From NCBI GenBank assembly GCA_030390025.1, contig CM059433.1:31932001-31996000 (forward strand): 64,000 nt of DNA, read 5' to 3'. The notes under the pieces are model-generated. The model was not told the origin of the DNA, ran no database searches, and saw only the letters and a program-made list of their open reading frames with translations. This document shows positions 25,461 through 38,356 of this stretch, one piece after another. Position 1 is the first letter of the stretch. Each line of letters opens with the position of its first letter. This DNA comes from Squalus acanthias. Taxonomy: Eukaryota. The position numbers were made by a program, and so were the translations under genes.

Positions 25461-26189
25461 GGGGGAATTCTAACCCCAAAAAATGGGTGGGTTGGGGTTG
25501 GGTGGGAGGTTAAAGTGTTAAAAACCTGAACCCCGACCCCAACCTGCCCACTTCTGGTTTTAACAGAGGCAGGATGGTGGGTGGGTGGCCAACCCGCTCC
25601 CAGGAGGCAGGCTGGCACTTTAAATATTATAATGAGGCTGCGTGCCTCATTTTGAAGCTCCATTTTAAATTTAACTCTGGCTGGCCGGTTTTCCCAGGCC
25701 TTGGGGAACCCGCCAGCTAAAGGAAGGCATGGTCTGCTGGATCCAGGAGGGAAGTGCCTTTCCACCTACCTGCTGGATACAGTGGCCCTGCCTTGCCAAC
25801 TCCCCGACCCTTCTGATCTACACCCGACCACCCTCCGAGGCCTCCGATCCCCACCCCTCCACTCCCCCACTCGGCCTCCTATTTCCGATCCCCCCTCCGA
25901 CCACCGATGGCCAGACCCAAATTCTCCTCTAACCTCCTGCCCCCAACCCCACCACCGATCTGCAGCCCCGATCCCGCTGCCAATCCCCGGCCTTCTGACC
26001 ACCCACCCGATCCCACCCTCCCTCCTCTCTGCAGCCTCGTGCCACAGCCCAACCGCCCGACAGCCAGCCAGCCTCTCCATCTGGCTGGCTGTGGGCAGGA
26101 AACTGAGAATCAAAATGTCCCGGGTTTCCTGACCGCATTCTAGCCGCGCCCCACCGCTCCCTACCCACCTCCAAATTAAAATTCCGGCC
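25461..26189. mobile_element. Harbinger-like MITE family B, copy 2 (inverted relative to 11410-12551)
   Basis: Ends GGGGGAATTCTAACCCC...AAAATTCCGGCC with TSD AAC (25458-25460 and 26190-26192). Confidence 0.82.
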
Positions 26190-27203
26190 AACTGCTCTGA
26201 AGTTGAATCTGCACAGTAGTTTGATGGGTATAACAGTGTAGAGACGGAATGTTAATCCATGTATCTGCCAAGCTGAAAGCAGTACTGGGAACAACAGTCT
26301 GGGCCAGTTCTATCCTACATTACATTTTTTTTTACATAAGCATTGATGGATGGCAGTCTTCAGCAGATAGAACTAAAGTGTGTTTTTGTCTTTCAGTAAA
26401 TTGTATCGCTGTCAGTAAGACATTTAAATTGGGCCCATTGTCTTCAGCATTGGGTTGACAACTCTCAGTGTTGACGCAAAAGGCAATGCTCATTTTACAT
26501 CTGCTTCATGATTCCCTCTGCAATTTAGTGGAATAAGAGAACAGAGTCAATTACCAAAATAGTGAACTTCACTTTTAAGTGGCATAATCTATAATATCTT
26601 GTAATGAATGAGAACAATATTGAAATAAAGTGTTGTATTTGAATCATAGACACTAATCAAAATGTCGTTAAAGCGTTTTGGTGGTATAACCAAACGAGCC
26701 TTTACAGGTAGCTACTAGAAAATATTCCACTACTTTCATAATCAGTAAGGATTAGCAATTCCTCCCTTTTAGAAATAAAATTAATGACATATTGTTAATC
26801 TACTACTGCACTCTTAAATATTTACTTCTTAAACAATTAACGTTTTTACCAAAAATAAACTAAAACAAATGCGAGGGCTTTAAACTATTTGCAAAAGATC
26901 ACATGCAAATTATCTGTTTTATTCCTGGCTTCTGACAAAAGAGAATAATCCCTTTAGGGCCTGGTTAGTGTTTCCTTACCGAATTAGGTAAACAAGGAAA
27001 ATTGATGCTCTCACTCTACTGTCAATACTAAAAAAACACTGTTGAGACAAGTAAAACCTGCAGCTGGAAAGGGTATTCTAATGCAAGAGAATAATGAGAT
27101 TGGCTTTTCAGTCCCAAAGCTAATACCTGCTGGACAAATTTTATAATAGCAAAGGGCTGCAGCTAAAAAACATAAGTCAGCACACAAGCCGATTATTATT
27201 AAT

Positions 27204-27900
27204 GGGCCAGAATCTGCTGTCAATATAAAGGAAAGGCTAATGGTGCTCGCCGTTAGTTATGTGTAAATGGTACAGCGACTTCAGGTGAAGGGCAGATGCG
27301 CTGTTAAATGCGAATATCCAAAAGTTGTGGCCGAATTGCGCCACTTCGCGAAAATGGCGTCCCTGTTTTTTTAGGAACTTGCTGTATTTTGTCCATTAAA
27401 CTCGCCACAGAAAGTCAAACCTTGTCATTACAAACGTAAGTACCCTTTTAACGACATGATAAGCGTTAATGACTGCCAATCAACCTCTCTGGCACCAAAA
27501 ATGAACTATTACAAGTGTGGAGTCTCATTCTTTTGAATTTTTCAGGTTTTGAATTTTTCAGGGAGATTTTAAAAATGTCAAATTTTAAATGTTACATTTT
27601 TTTCTGACTTTTTTTTCTGTCTCGTTTCTCTCTCTCTCTTAAGCCAATCTTTCTTTCCCTTTCTTTATTTCTCTTTCAGGACTTGACATTGAGTTCATCC
27701 CTTTAATTCGCCATTTTTCTCAGTCCTTCCACTGTTTATTTCCCAATCCTTAAATCTCATTGGTTAAGGAGATACCCTTTTGGTTGCCCTGTTCACTCAG
27801 GTCCCAGATGCCCTGTTTCACTCGCTGTGATGTTATCAGCTTGCATTTTCAGCCACTCTGTGTGTAAAAATCTTTTGAGCTGAAGGGTGCAGGGGCAAGT
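27204..27900. mobile_element. Decayed MITE-like element
   Basis: Starts AAT|GGGCCAGAATCT with a CpG-rich end and AT-rich core as in family C. The right end is not resolved. Confidence 0.45.
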
Positions 27901-28164
27901 CGATGGAGAGGGTAGATAGAGAGAAACTATTTCCTCTGATGGGAGAATCCAGAACAAGGGGGCATAACCTTAATATTAGAGCTAGGCTGTTCAGGGGTGA
28001 TGTCAGAGAGCACTTCTTCACACAAAGGGTTGTGGAAATCTGGAACTCTCTCCCCCAAAAAGCTGTTGAGGCTGGAGGTCAATTGCAAATTTCAAAACTT
28101 CGATTGATAGATTTTTGTTAGGCAAATGTATTTAGGGTTACGGAACTAAGGTGGATTGATGGAG
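27901..28164 (+). mobile_element. CR1 3' fragment
   Basis: EKLFPLMGESRTRGHNLNI...FFTQRVVEIWNSLPQKAVEA. Confidence 0.85.
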
Positions 28165-29015
28165 GTTTTTTTACTCGTTCATGGGATGTGGGCGTCACTG
28201 GTAAGGCCAGCATTTATTGCCCATCCCTAGTGATGGAGAGCCACCTTCTTGAACCGCTGCAATCCATGTGGTGAAGGTACTCCCACAGTGCTGTTAGGGA
28301 GGGAGTTCCAGGATTTTGACCCAGCGACGATGAAGGAAAGGCGATTTATTTCCAAGTTAGGATGGTGTGTGACTTGGAGGGGAACTTGGAGGTGGTTGTG
28401 TCCCATGCGCCTTCTGTCCTTGTCCTTCTAGGTGGTAGAGGTTGCGGGTTTGGGAGGTGCACCCGAAGAAGCCTTGGCGAGTTGCTGCAGTGCATCTTGT
28501 AGATGGTATACACTGCAGCCACGGTATGCCGGTGGTGGAGGGAGTGAATGTTTAAGGTGGTGGATGGTGTGCCAATCAAATGGGTTGCTTTGTCTTGGAT
28601 GGTGTCGAGCTTCTTGAGTGTTGTTGGAGCTGCACACATCCAAGCAAGTGGAGAGTATTCCATCACACTCCTGACTTGTGCCTTGTAGATGGTGGAAAGG
28701 CTTTGGGGAGTCAGGAGGTGAGACACTCGCCACAGAGTACCCAGCCTCTGACCTGCTCTTGTTGCCACTGTATTTATGTGGCTGGTCCAGTTAAGCTTCT
28801 GGTCAATGGTGACCCCCAGGATATTGATGGTGGGGTAATCAGCGATGGTAATGCCATTGAATCTCAAGGGGCGGTGGTTAGACGCTCGCTTGTTGGAGAT
28901 AGTCATTATCTGGCACTTGTGTGGCGCTAATGTTACCTGCCACTTATCAGCCCAAGCCTGAATGTCGTCCAGGTCTTGCTGCATGCGGGCATGGACTGCT
29001 TCATTATCTGAGGAG
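28165..29015 (-). mobile_element. CR1/L2-group LINE 3' fragment ('MEYSPLAW' family)
   Basis: ORF 28346-29035: QQDLDDIQAWADKWQV...ILGVTIDQKLNW...MEYSPLAW. Confidence 0.88.
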
Positions 29016-29502
29016 TTAAGATACAGATCATCCATGATCTAATCCTATGATGCAGAATGCACTTGACCAAGTAGAGATGATTGAGGTGAGAGACATAGAT
29101 GGGAGAGCGCAATACCAACTGCAAGGATATGCATTATGAGTGGTCGCACAAGCTGCCAGGGACCGTGATGAGCAGGGCAGTGACTGCTGGAAGTGAATGA
29201 AAGACTGCAGGCTAAAAATTGAATTGCCCCCGAAAACAGGTGTGGGGATTGCGCTGCGGGATCAACCTGTTCAATGTGATGCACACAGCACAGCAACTTT
29301 GTGCTGCCCACTGATCAGAATGATTGTGGCTGCTGAGTGGCTGCACGCTCAGCAGGGGGCCCACGTTCATGCGAGGTTAACACCAATTAAAGCTAGCCTG
29401 CACTTCTTAAAGGCAGCCTGCACCTCTTAAAGCGGAGGTGCATTTCTGGCTGCAGCAGGTGATTCAATTGGCTGGGGAACAGAGTGTGAGAACGAAGAAG
29501 TT

Positions 29503-29660
29503 ATGATTCCACAACAGAGGAGAGAGCGTGTTCTAAGGTTCTAAGATGCAGCCTTGGTGCAGGAGGTGGACAAGAGGAGAGAGATCCTGTGATCGCAATG
29601 GGCCAGGAAGCCCTCCAGGCAAAATCAGAAAAGACAATGGGAGCAGATTTCCATTGTGGC
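29503..29660 (+). pseudogene. Harbinger Myb/SANT-like DNA-binding ORF remnant
   Basis: RRERVLRF*DAALVQEVDKRREIL*...RKPSRQ resembles the RAPRFS..ALEAL..EV..RREVL start of Harbinger ORF2. Confidence 0.65.
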
Positions 29661-29789
29661 CAATGCCAGCAGTGTGGCCCCGAGGACCTGGATATAGGTG
29701 TGGGACTATTGGTGAATGTGAAATTGGGATTGTGTTTACTGGTGCTGAAGTTGGATGAGTCGATTACGGACAGCAAGGGCAGAACGGGG

Positions 29790-30833
29790 CTTTCTGGGTT
29801 GCCTCCTCCCTTCCGTATCCTCCTCTTCTGCTTCCTCTTCCACCTTAGCTGGTCACCGTATGCCTGGTGGCAAGGGCTGTTCCCTCATGATGGCGAGATT
29901 GTAGAGCATGCAGCAGGCCACGACAAATCTTGAGACACACTCTGCTGAGTACTGCAGGGCTCCTCCAAAGCGGTCCAGGCAGTGGAAGTGCTGTTTAAGG
30001 ACGCCAATGGTCTGCTCTATCAGATTCCGTGTGGCAGCATGGATCTCGTTATATGCATGTGTGTAGGTTGCGCAGGCAAATCATGAGCCAGGCGGTCAGC
30101 AGATGGCCTTTGTCGCTCAGTAGCCACCCTCTGGTTTGTTGCGATGGCTCAAATGCTGATGGAACAGCAGACTACAGCAGAATGAAGGAATCATGACTGC
30201 TGCCAGGATACTGGGCATTCACCCAAATGAGTCGCTGAGTACGGCCGCACACCAGCTGGACATTGAGGGAGTGGAATCCCTTCCGGTTGTGGTACATCTC
30301 TGAATTGAGATGCGGCGCCTGCAAAGCGATGTGTGTGCAGTCAACGACACACTGCACCATGAGGAAACCTGCTATCCTGGCGCAGCCGCGTGCTCGCTCC
30401 ACCTGCTTCTCTCTAGTAAGAGTATTCATCTCTCTTTGCATATAGAGCCTCACTCACCTCCCTTATACTGGGAGATGTTACAGATTTCACCTGCTCCAGC
30501 CCGGAAGGAGCCTGAAATGAAGAAGTTGAAGGATACGGTCGCCTTTACAGCCACTGGCAATGCCATCCTCGCCCTGGACTGAGGCTGCAGATCTGCCTGC
30601 AGCAGGTGGCAGATTTCAGTGAGCACCTACTTAGTAAAATGGAGCTGTCACACGCTGAGGTTGAGGTAGGAGAATTGCTCCCTGAAGACCCTGGGTGGAT
30701 ATGGCTTCCTGCCGAGAGCCCTTCTCTCCCTCCTCCTCCTGCTTCTTCCAGCAGCTTGTCCTGCTCTATGTCACCTCTGCTCATTCTCCCTTTCATGCTG
30801 CAGGCCAAGGAGGATACAAACTACCGCACCCAT
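29790..30833 (-). pseudogene. Harbinger (HARBI1-like) DDE transposase, disrupted
   Basis: Motifs VAVKATVSFNFFISGSF, VVDCTHIALQAP, NRKGFHSLNVQLVC, YPGSSHDSFIL, YNEIHAATRNLIEQTIGVLKQHFHCLD and ACCMLYNLAI, with stops and frameshifts. Probable ATG at 30833. Confidence 0.92.
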
Positions 30834-32334
30834 ATCTAGGAGCAACTGGTCTGAGCAGAGGAGTGGTGTGGCATGTGCTCAAGGACTTGCAAGTCAATAC
30901 CAAGTCCTTGAGCACATGCCACACCACTCCTTGTGGACTTTAGGCAACTTTAAAGAAGTCTAGAAATCACCAAACACTTCTACAAACTCAGCAGCAGCTA
31001 GCAGAAATCAATTAGCAACTAACCTGTAAGTCAGTGATGCTCCCTTTAAATAGCGCTGGTGGGGGGTCCTTCCTGCTGCTGAATGCATGTTCAGCCGTGT
31101 GAGGTTAAGAGAGGGCATTAGCTCCAGTGTTACGGTTGAAAATGGCAGCGTCAAATCAGCGTTATACACTGATTGACGTCATGATCTGCGCACTCTGCAT
31201 ACTTACGGTTGCACTCTCCCAGCGCCGACGCTAATGCTCTCATCAAAATGGCGTCTAGCGCGGCTCGCACCAGAAGTTTGCGCGTGCTGCTCGGATGCCA
31301 TTTTTGAACCAAAATGCACCCATAGTTCCCAAACAACGGGCGTTATGCGACCAAACTTTTCGCCTGAATCTTAGATGAGAGTGGCTGCTGACAGAGATGT
31401 TGTCTGACATATGAGGGGCTTCTTGTTTTGCTTTGACAGAATAAATCCCTCTATTTTTCTCACCAATCAACCTTGACCAACGACCTCCTATGGATGAAGA
31501 AGAAGCTGTGAATCACACAGTAAAGTACGCTCCATCCTTAGTGCTTAATTCCTAAATCGTAAAGTGAATCAATTTTGAAGAAAGGTGCAACAAACATTTT
31601 TCGTTAAATAAAATAATTACGTTGGAAAAAAATATGAAAGCTGATTTTTAATGACCATTTGCTTCAGTAAAATGTGTGTTTTTTTTAACTGACTCTACTG
31701 AACAGTGGTGCTGTTTGCACTGTATATAAAACAGCAGCTGCTCTTCTAGCTCATTGGAGAGAGCTGGCACTAATTTCTGGACACTGACAAAGTGTGTAAG
31801 CCCGAGAGAGGGAAATAAAGCTCCCTCAAAATAACCGCCTCATCATATCACTTTCTGCAGGGTCACGCTTACAGGACAGTACTGATTCCACGCATACATT
31901 GCATTCTCTTAAGTTATACGATGTAACGCTTTAAGTTTCAGATGCCACAAAGAGTGTAGTACTCTATTAACAGTCAATTTGTTCATTGTGGCATGGGGTG
32001 TGAGTGAGTTGGCAGATAAGTCGTTTATTATTTTTTGAATCCAATTGCTACCAGTGCTGTTGTATAGATGGCTGCTCGAGGATGTATGAGAATGGCTAAG
32101 GATGAATCATCCTCTGATTTTTCCATCTACCTTGCAGAGAACCATCTTCGCCCTTACAGCTTAGATGAGGTTGGGAAATTGGTGAATGGAGAATCATGGG
32201 TATAAACCAATATCCTAGCACTCCATAGCACAGTACATTGGTTTGATACCGAGCTACCAAGAATGAAATGACTGTAACTTATTAAATCTGTTTAGATGAT
32301 GGGTGTCCACGGATGAACATAAATGACAAAGGAT

Positions 32335-34082
32335 AGAATTGAAAAGCAGAGAAGTTATGCTAACCTTGTATAGAACCTTCGTTAGACCACACTTGGAGTA
32401 TTGTGAACAGTTTTGTTCTCCATATTATAAAAAAGATATAGAGGCACTGGAGAAGGTGCAAAAAAGATTTACAAGGATGCTCCCAGAACTGAATGGTTAT
32501 ATCTATCAGGATCAAGGAGCTCTAGTAAAATTGAAGTCAATGGGAATCAGGGGCAAAACTATTCACTGGTTGGGGTCATACTGAACACAAAGGAAGATGG
32601 TTGTGGTTGTTGGAGGCCAATCATCTCAGCCCCAGGACATCACAGCAGGAGTGTCCTAGGCTCAACATCTTCAGCTGCTTCATCAATGAGCTTCCCTCCA
32701 TCATAAGGTCAGAAGTGGGGATGTTCGCTGATGATTGCACAGTGTTCAGTTCCATTTGAAACTCCTCAGATAATAAAGCAGTCCATGCCCATATGCAGCA
32801 AGACCTGGATGACATTCAGGCTTGGGCTGATAAGTGGCAAGTAATATTCATGCCACACAAGTGTCAGGCAATAACCATCTCCAACAAGAGAGAGTCTAAC
32901 CACCGTCCCTTGACATTCAACAGCATTATCATCGCCAAATCCCCCACCATTACCATCGCCAAATCCCCCACCATCAACGTACTGGGGGTTACCATTGAGC
33001 AGAGACTTAACTGGTCCAGCCACATAAATACTGTGGCTAAAAGAGCAGGTCAGATCTGGGTATTCTGCAGTGAGTGTCTCACCTCCTGACTCCCCAAAGC
33101 TTTACCACAAGGCACAAGTCAGGAGTGCGATGGAATACTCTCCACTTGCCTGGATGAGTGCAGCTCCAACAACACTCAAGAAACTCGATACCATCCAGGA
33201 AAAAGCTGCCCACTTGATTGGCACCCCATCCACCACCTTGAACATTCACTCCCTCCACCACCTGCGCACCATAGCTGCAGTGTGTACCATCTACAAGATG
33301 CACTGCAGCAACTCGCCAAGGCTTCTTCGGCAGCACCTCCAAAACCCGTGACCTCTACCACCTTGAAGGGCAAGGGCAACAGGCACACGGAAACACCACC
33401 ACCTCCAAGTTCCCCTCCAAGTCACACACCATCCTGACTTGGAAATATATCACTGTTCCTTCATCATCACTGGGCCAAAATCCTGGAACTCCCTCCCTAA
33501 CAGCACTATGGGAGTACCTTCACTACATGGACTGCAGCAGTTCAAGAAGACAGCTCACCACCACCTTTTTATGAACAATTAGGGTTGGGCAATAAATGCT
33601 GGCCTTGCCAGCGATGCCCACATCCCATGTACAAATAAAAAAAAGAAAAGATTGAACAGGCCTGGAGCTTTTTTCCTCTGGAAAAGAGACAGCTGAGGGG
33701 TGACCCGATAAATGTCTTTAAGATTATGAAAAGGTTTGATCGGGTGGATGTAGAGAATACATTTCCCCTTGTGGGGGAGACCAGAACTAGGGGCCATAAA
33801 TATAAGATAATCACCAATAAATCTAGTAAGAAATTCAGGAGAAACATCATTACCCAGAGAGTGATTAGACTGCTAAGACAAGGAATGGTTGAGGCGAATA
33901 GTATAGATGCATTTAAGGGGAAGCTAGATAAGCACATGAGGGAGAAAGGAATAGAAGGATATGCTGATAGGGTGAGATGAAGAGGGGTGGGAGGAGGCTC
34001 GTGTGGAGCATAAACACCAGAATAGACCAGATGGGCTGAATGGCCTGTTTCTGTGCTGTACATTCTATGTAATTCTATGTAA
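32335..34082 (+). mobile_element. CR1 3' fragment interrupted by a 'MEYSPLAW' LINE at ~32510-33645
   Basis: KSREVMLTLYRTFVRPHLEYC...GYIYQ| resumes as |RLNR.G.F..EKRQLRGD after the A-tail at ~33645. Confidence 0.82.
32510..33645 (+). mobile_element. 'MEYSPLAW' LINE, 5'-truncated, nested
   Basis: RT remnants (MFADDCTV), MEYSPLAWMSAAPTTLKKLDTIQ and an A-rich tail. Confidence 0.85.
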
Positions 34083-35228
34083 TCTTCAGGAGAGAAAATG
34101 GCAGACATTGGCGTCAAATACGGTGCGGAATGGAACTTACACAAACTGCATCCATTTTCTTTCTCTAGTCTTTCCAGACTGACTTATGGAACATTTATTC
34201 AAAAAAAGAGAACTTTTGAAGTGTGCCAAAAACTATAAGCTGATGTTATTGGTTTTCTGTTACATTTTGCATTAGTTTGAGTCTATGCGGGTAATTTTCT
34301 GATTTCCTGCTCTCAGAAAGCCATCATGCCTGACGGAAGCAGACATTGGATATTTGGTACGTGCTGTGCACAATTTTCCAACCAGTTAACATTAATGGCC
34401 GAAAGATTGTGCACAACTTGCCGGCTGAATTTCCAATTGCTCTTCAGGTGGGTAGGGCACCCCTCCAGGAGGGATAAGGACAGAAAATGAACCATTATGT
34501 TTCGACACAAAATATATTCAAATACTCCAGGCGTCTGCCTTCTTTTCAATACCTCTATATGCATCATAGCTTGCAAGAGCCTGAGATTCTGCTGCGTGAT
34601 TTGTTCATTTTATTTAAGTCTAATTGTTCATTACTGTTGCCTTGCCCAGTGTCCGTTGATTGCAGCCGCAGGAATGCTTTGCCACTTGTCGTGACTGAAT
34701 AAAGGAATAGTCTCAAATCATTAAAACGTCTGTTTGAGCATTTAAGTATTTGATCTCTAAAAGTTGGTGCAACTCCAACTTCCCGCACTATCCCCATATC
34801 CCTTGATCCCCTTAATATTCAAAAATCTATCGATCTCTGTCTTGAATATACTCAACGACTGAGCATCCATGGCCCGCTAGGGTAGAGAATTCCAAAGCTT
34901 CGCAACCCTTTGAGTGAAGAGATGTCTCCTCATTTCAGCCCTAAATAGACGACCCATTATTCTGAGACTGTGACCCCAAGTTCTAGACTCTCCAGCCACG
35001 GAAACATTTTCCCAGCATCTACCCTGTCAAGCCCTGTAAAAATTTTATCTGTTTCAAGGAGATCGCCTCTCATTTTTCTAAATTCTAGGGGAATATAAGC
35101 CTAGTCTACTCAATTTATGCTCGTCAGACAATCCCCCCATCTCAGGAATCAATCTGGTGAACCTTCGTTGCACTCCTCTAAGGCAAGTATAACCTTGCTG
35201 AGGCAAGGAGACCAAAGCTGTACACAGT

Positions 35229-35324
35229 CAATGTTCCCTGTGCAGTGCTCTAGGGAACCCACGCAGCCGGCTTGTCAATGTAAAAACCACGCACGGGCTG
35301 CATTTTGAATTACAGGGAACATTG
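35229..35324. mobile_element. 96-bp hAT-type MITE
   Basis: 13-bp perfect TIR CAATGTTCCCTGT/ACAGGGAACATTG with perfect 8-bp TSD TACACAGT (35221-35228 and 35325-35332). Confidence 0.88.
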
Positions 35325-36286
35325 TACACAGTACTCCAGGTGTAGTCTCACCAAGGCCCTATATAATTGCACTGAAACTTCTTTACTCTTATTCCCCAAC
35401 CCTTTTGTAATAAAGGCTAACATACCATTTGCTTTCCTAATTACTTGCTGTACCTGCATTTTAACTTTCTGTGATTTGTGTACAAGGACACCCAGGTCTA
35501 ACCATTGAAAAAATATTCTGCTTTTCTATTTTTCCTACCAAAGTGGATAACTTCACATTTCTCCACATTATATTCCATCTGCCATGTTTTTGCTCACTCA
35601 CTTAACCTTTGCAGCCTCTTTGCATCCTCTTCACAACTTACTTTCCCACCTGGCTTTGTATCATCAGCAATCTTGGATACATTACACTCGGTTCCCTCAT
35701 CTAGGTCATTGACATAGATTGTAAATAACTGAGGCCCAAACATTGATCCTTGCGGTAACCCACTAGTTACAGCCTGCCAACCAAAATGACCTGTTTATTC
35801 CTGCTCTCTGTTTTCTGTCTGTTACTGAATCATCCATGCTAATATATTACCCCCAATCCCATCATCCATAATTTTGTGTAATAACCTCATGTGTGGCACC
35901 TTATCGAATGTTTCTGAAAATCCAAATACACTACATCAACTGCTTCCCCCTTATCTACCCAGCTTGTAACAACCCCAAAAGACTCTATTAGACTTGTCAA
36001 ACACGATTTCCCTTTCATAAATCTGTGTTGAGTCTGCCCAATCATATTATGATTTTCTAAGTGCCCTGTTACTACGTCCCTAATAATAGATTCTAGCATT
36101 TTCCCTACTGCTGATGTTAGGCTAACTGGTCTATAGTTCCCTGTTTTCTCTCTCCCTCCTTTCTTGAATAGTTGTGTTACACTTGCTACTTTCCAATCCA
36201 CGGGGACCATTCCAGAATCCAGGGAATTCTAGAAGATCAAAACCAATACATCTGTTATCTCTGTAGCCATCTCTTTTAAAACCCTA

Positions 36287-37179
36287 GGGGTAAAAATTCA
36301 CTTGGTTGCGCCACCCGTTAGCGCCTTAAGAGGGCGCTAATGGGGCGCAAAGCCGCTAACGCCCGGGCGCAGCGATGTTTGCGCCGCTCGAGAACTTAAC
36401 TTGAGATTGTGCGGCGGCGCTAAAACTTACCGCTGCGACCACCTGCGCGCGCAGATTGTGACGTCATTCCATGGTGCAACGCCCTTGGGGCGCCCCGTAG
36501 CGGAAATTGAGTGGCGCCCCCTGCCTTACCGCCTGGCGCTTCCAACGACCAGAAGACTGGAACGCTAACAATCGCTGTGGGGCTGGGGGGGGCGCTATTT
36601 AAAGGGGGCCTCTTCCTGTCTTTTATTGTTGGTGGCATTTTTGAACTACGCATTCTGAGAGAGAGAGGGAGAGACTTCTGGAGAGATTCAACGTTGTGTG
36701 AAGGAGTTTTGGGTACTGAGCAGCACTTTGCAGGTTCATTTTGATTTGCCATTCCTTGTATCGATTTAGCAGAGACCGTGGGAGCTGCACTCTGAGCTCT
36801 TTGCCTGGTGCTCTCCATTGTTCTTTCCAGCACATTTGATGTGCAAGTCTCTCCAGGCCGAGATTCAAGGCAGCAATGAACAGGATGTGGATGGAAAGCA
36901 AGATTAACCATCCCCTTTAAGAACTGGCCCGTGGCATTGTGTGTGTGTTCCATTGCTGACTGACATTACATGAGCTTCGCCAGCGCTCCGAGTTAGCGCC
37001 TCACTGCTCGGCCTTTGCGCCTTAAGAGAGGTGTGCAGCGCCTGCTTTAGCGCTCCACTCACCTCCCGGGGTGGTAAAAGTGAAGTTTCCCGTCAGTGCC
37101 GATAATTAGCGCCAGGCGCTAATATTTGCGTCCGGACGATATTTGCGCCCCAAATGGGGCGCGACCTAATTTCTACCCC
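36287..37179. mobile_element. Harbinger-like MITE family A, copy 2 (diverged subfamily)
   Basis: Colinear with 958-1833. Ends GGGGTAAAAATT...AATTTCTACCCC, flanked by a CTA/TAG duplication inside the CR1. Confidence 0.85.
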
Positions 37180-37612
37180 TAGCCATCAGGTCCAGGGGGT
37201 TTGTTAGCTTTTAGTCCAATTAATTTCTCCAGTACTATTTCTTTACGAATACTAATTTCTTTAAGTTCCTCATTCTCACTAGACCCTTGGTTCCCCACAA
37301 TTTCCGGAATTTTTTGTGTCTTCTACCATGAGGACAGATACAAAGTATTTGTTTAAATGTCTCTGCCGTTTCCTTACTCCCCATTATAATTTCTCCTGTC
37401 TCTGCCTGTAAGGGACCCACATTTACTTTCGCAAAACCCTCCCTTTTTACATACCTATAGAAGCTTTTACAATCTGTTTTATGTCTCAAATTCTCTTTTC
37501 TCTCTCTTTATCAATTTCTTGTTTATCCTTTGCTGAATTCTAAAATCTTCCCAATCCTTAGGCTTACTACTCTTTTTGGCATATTATAAGCCTTTTCCTT
37601 GAATCTAATATT

Positions 37613-38356
37613 GGGCCAAAAATTCATCCCGCGACGCGAGAGTACGCACTGCGTACTCTCGCGTATTCTCTCTCCAATTGCCTGTTTTCTGCATGCCCTG
37701 CGCATGCGCTGAAAACCGGCACTTGGTCTTTTGAAAAGGGGGCGGTTCCTCGGTGCATCGCGTGCGCGCTACAGGCTGCGCGCACGCTGTGCACTTCATG
37801 CTTTGGACGCGCAGGTAAGTACGGAAGATTTTAGAAATGGAAAAAGGAGGAGTAAGACCCACTTTTAACAAGGTAAGTAGTGAATTAAGTATTTTTTTGA
37901 ATTTTTTTTAGCAGTTATATCTTTTTTAGAGACTTTAAAGACAGGTAAGTTTATTTTTATAACTTTTTAAAAGATTTTAAATTTTTTCAAAAATTTAATT
38001 TTTTATTTAAAATGGTTAATTTATTTAACTATACTTATTTTATTAATGTGATGGTTTTTTTTTAAATTTAATTGAGGTTTAGCTGTTATTTTGGGGGGGT
38101 GTAAGATTCATAGATTTCACAGCACGTCTGTGAAACTTATGAATGGAAGATGGTGTGCTGCCATTGGCTCTAACTGAGTCACATGATCCCACAGCTCGCA
38201 CAAATTCACTACGCCGGTGGGATACGCAAGCACTGCCCAGCTGATGTCTGGAACATCAAGTTCGTGCGAGCTGGATCTGAAAAAGCACAAGCGGAGTGAG
38301 AGATCGCGGGGAAGCCTTACCCCCGCGGGAACAGAGCGAGATCAATTTCTGGGCCA
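37613..38356. mobile_element. Harbinger-like MITE (family C-like)
   Basis: TIR GGGCCAAAAATTCATC...GATCAATTTCTGGGCC. CR1 sequence resumes on both sides. Confidence 0.78.

Larger units (their letters stand above)
29208..31366. mobile_element. Decayed, internally deleted PIF/Harbinger DNA transposon
   Basis: Imperfect TIR CAGGCTAAAAATT...AACTTTTCGCCTG. Contains a transposase (-) and a Myb/SANT-like ORF remnant (+) in convergent orientation. Confidence 0.85.

Noticed and set aside
30172..30453. Domesticated HARBI1 gene
   Set aside because: Flanked by TIRs and disrupted by stops and frameshifts, so it is a transposon fossil.
34317..34356. Plus-strand exon-like segment KAIMPDGSRHWIF
   Set aside because: Isolated, with no compatible partner exons found.
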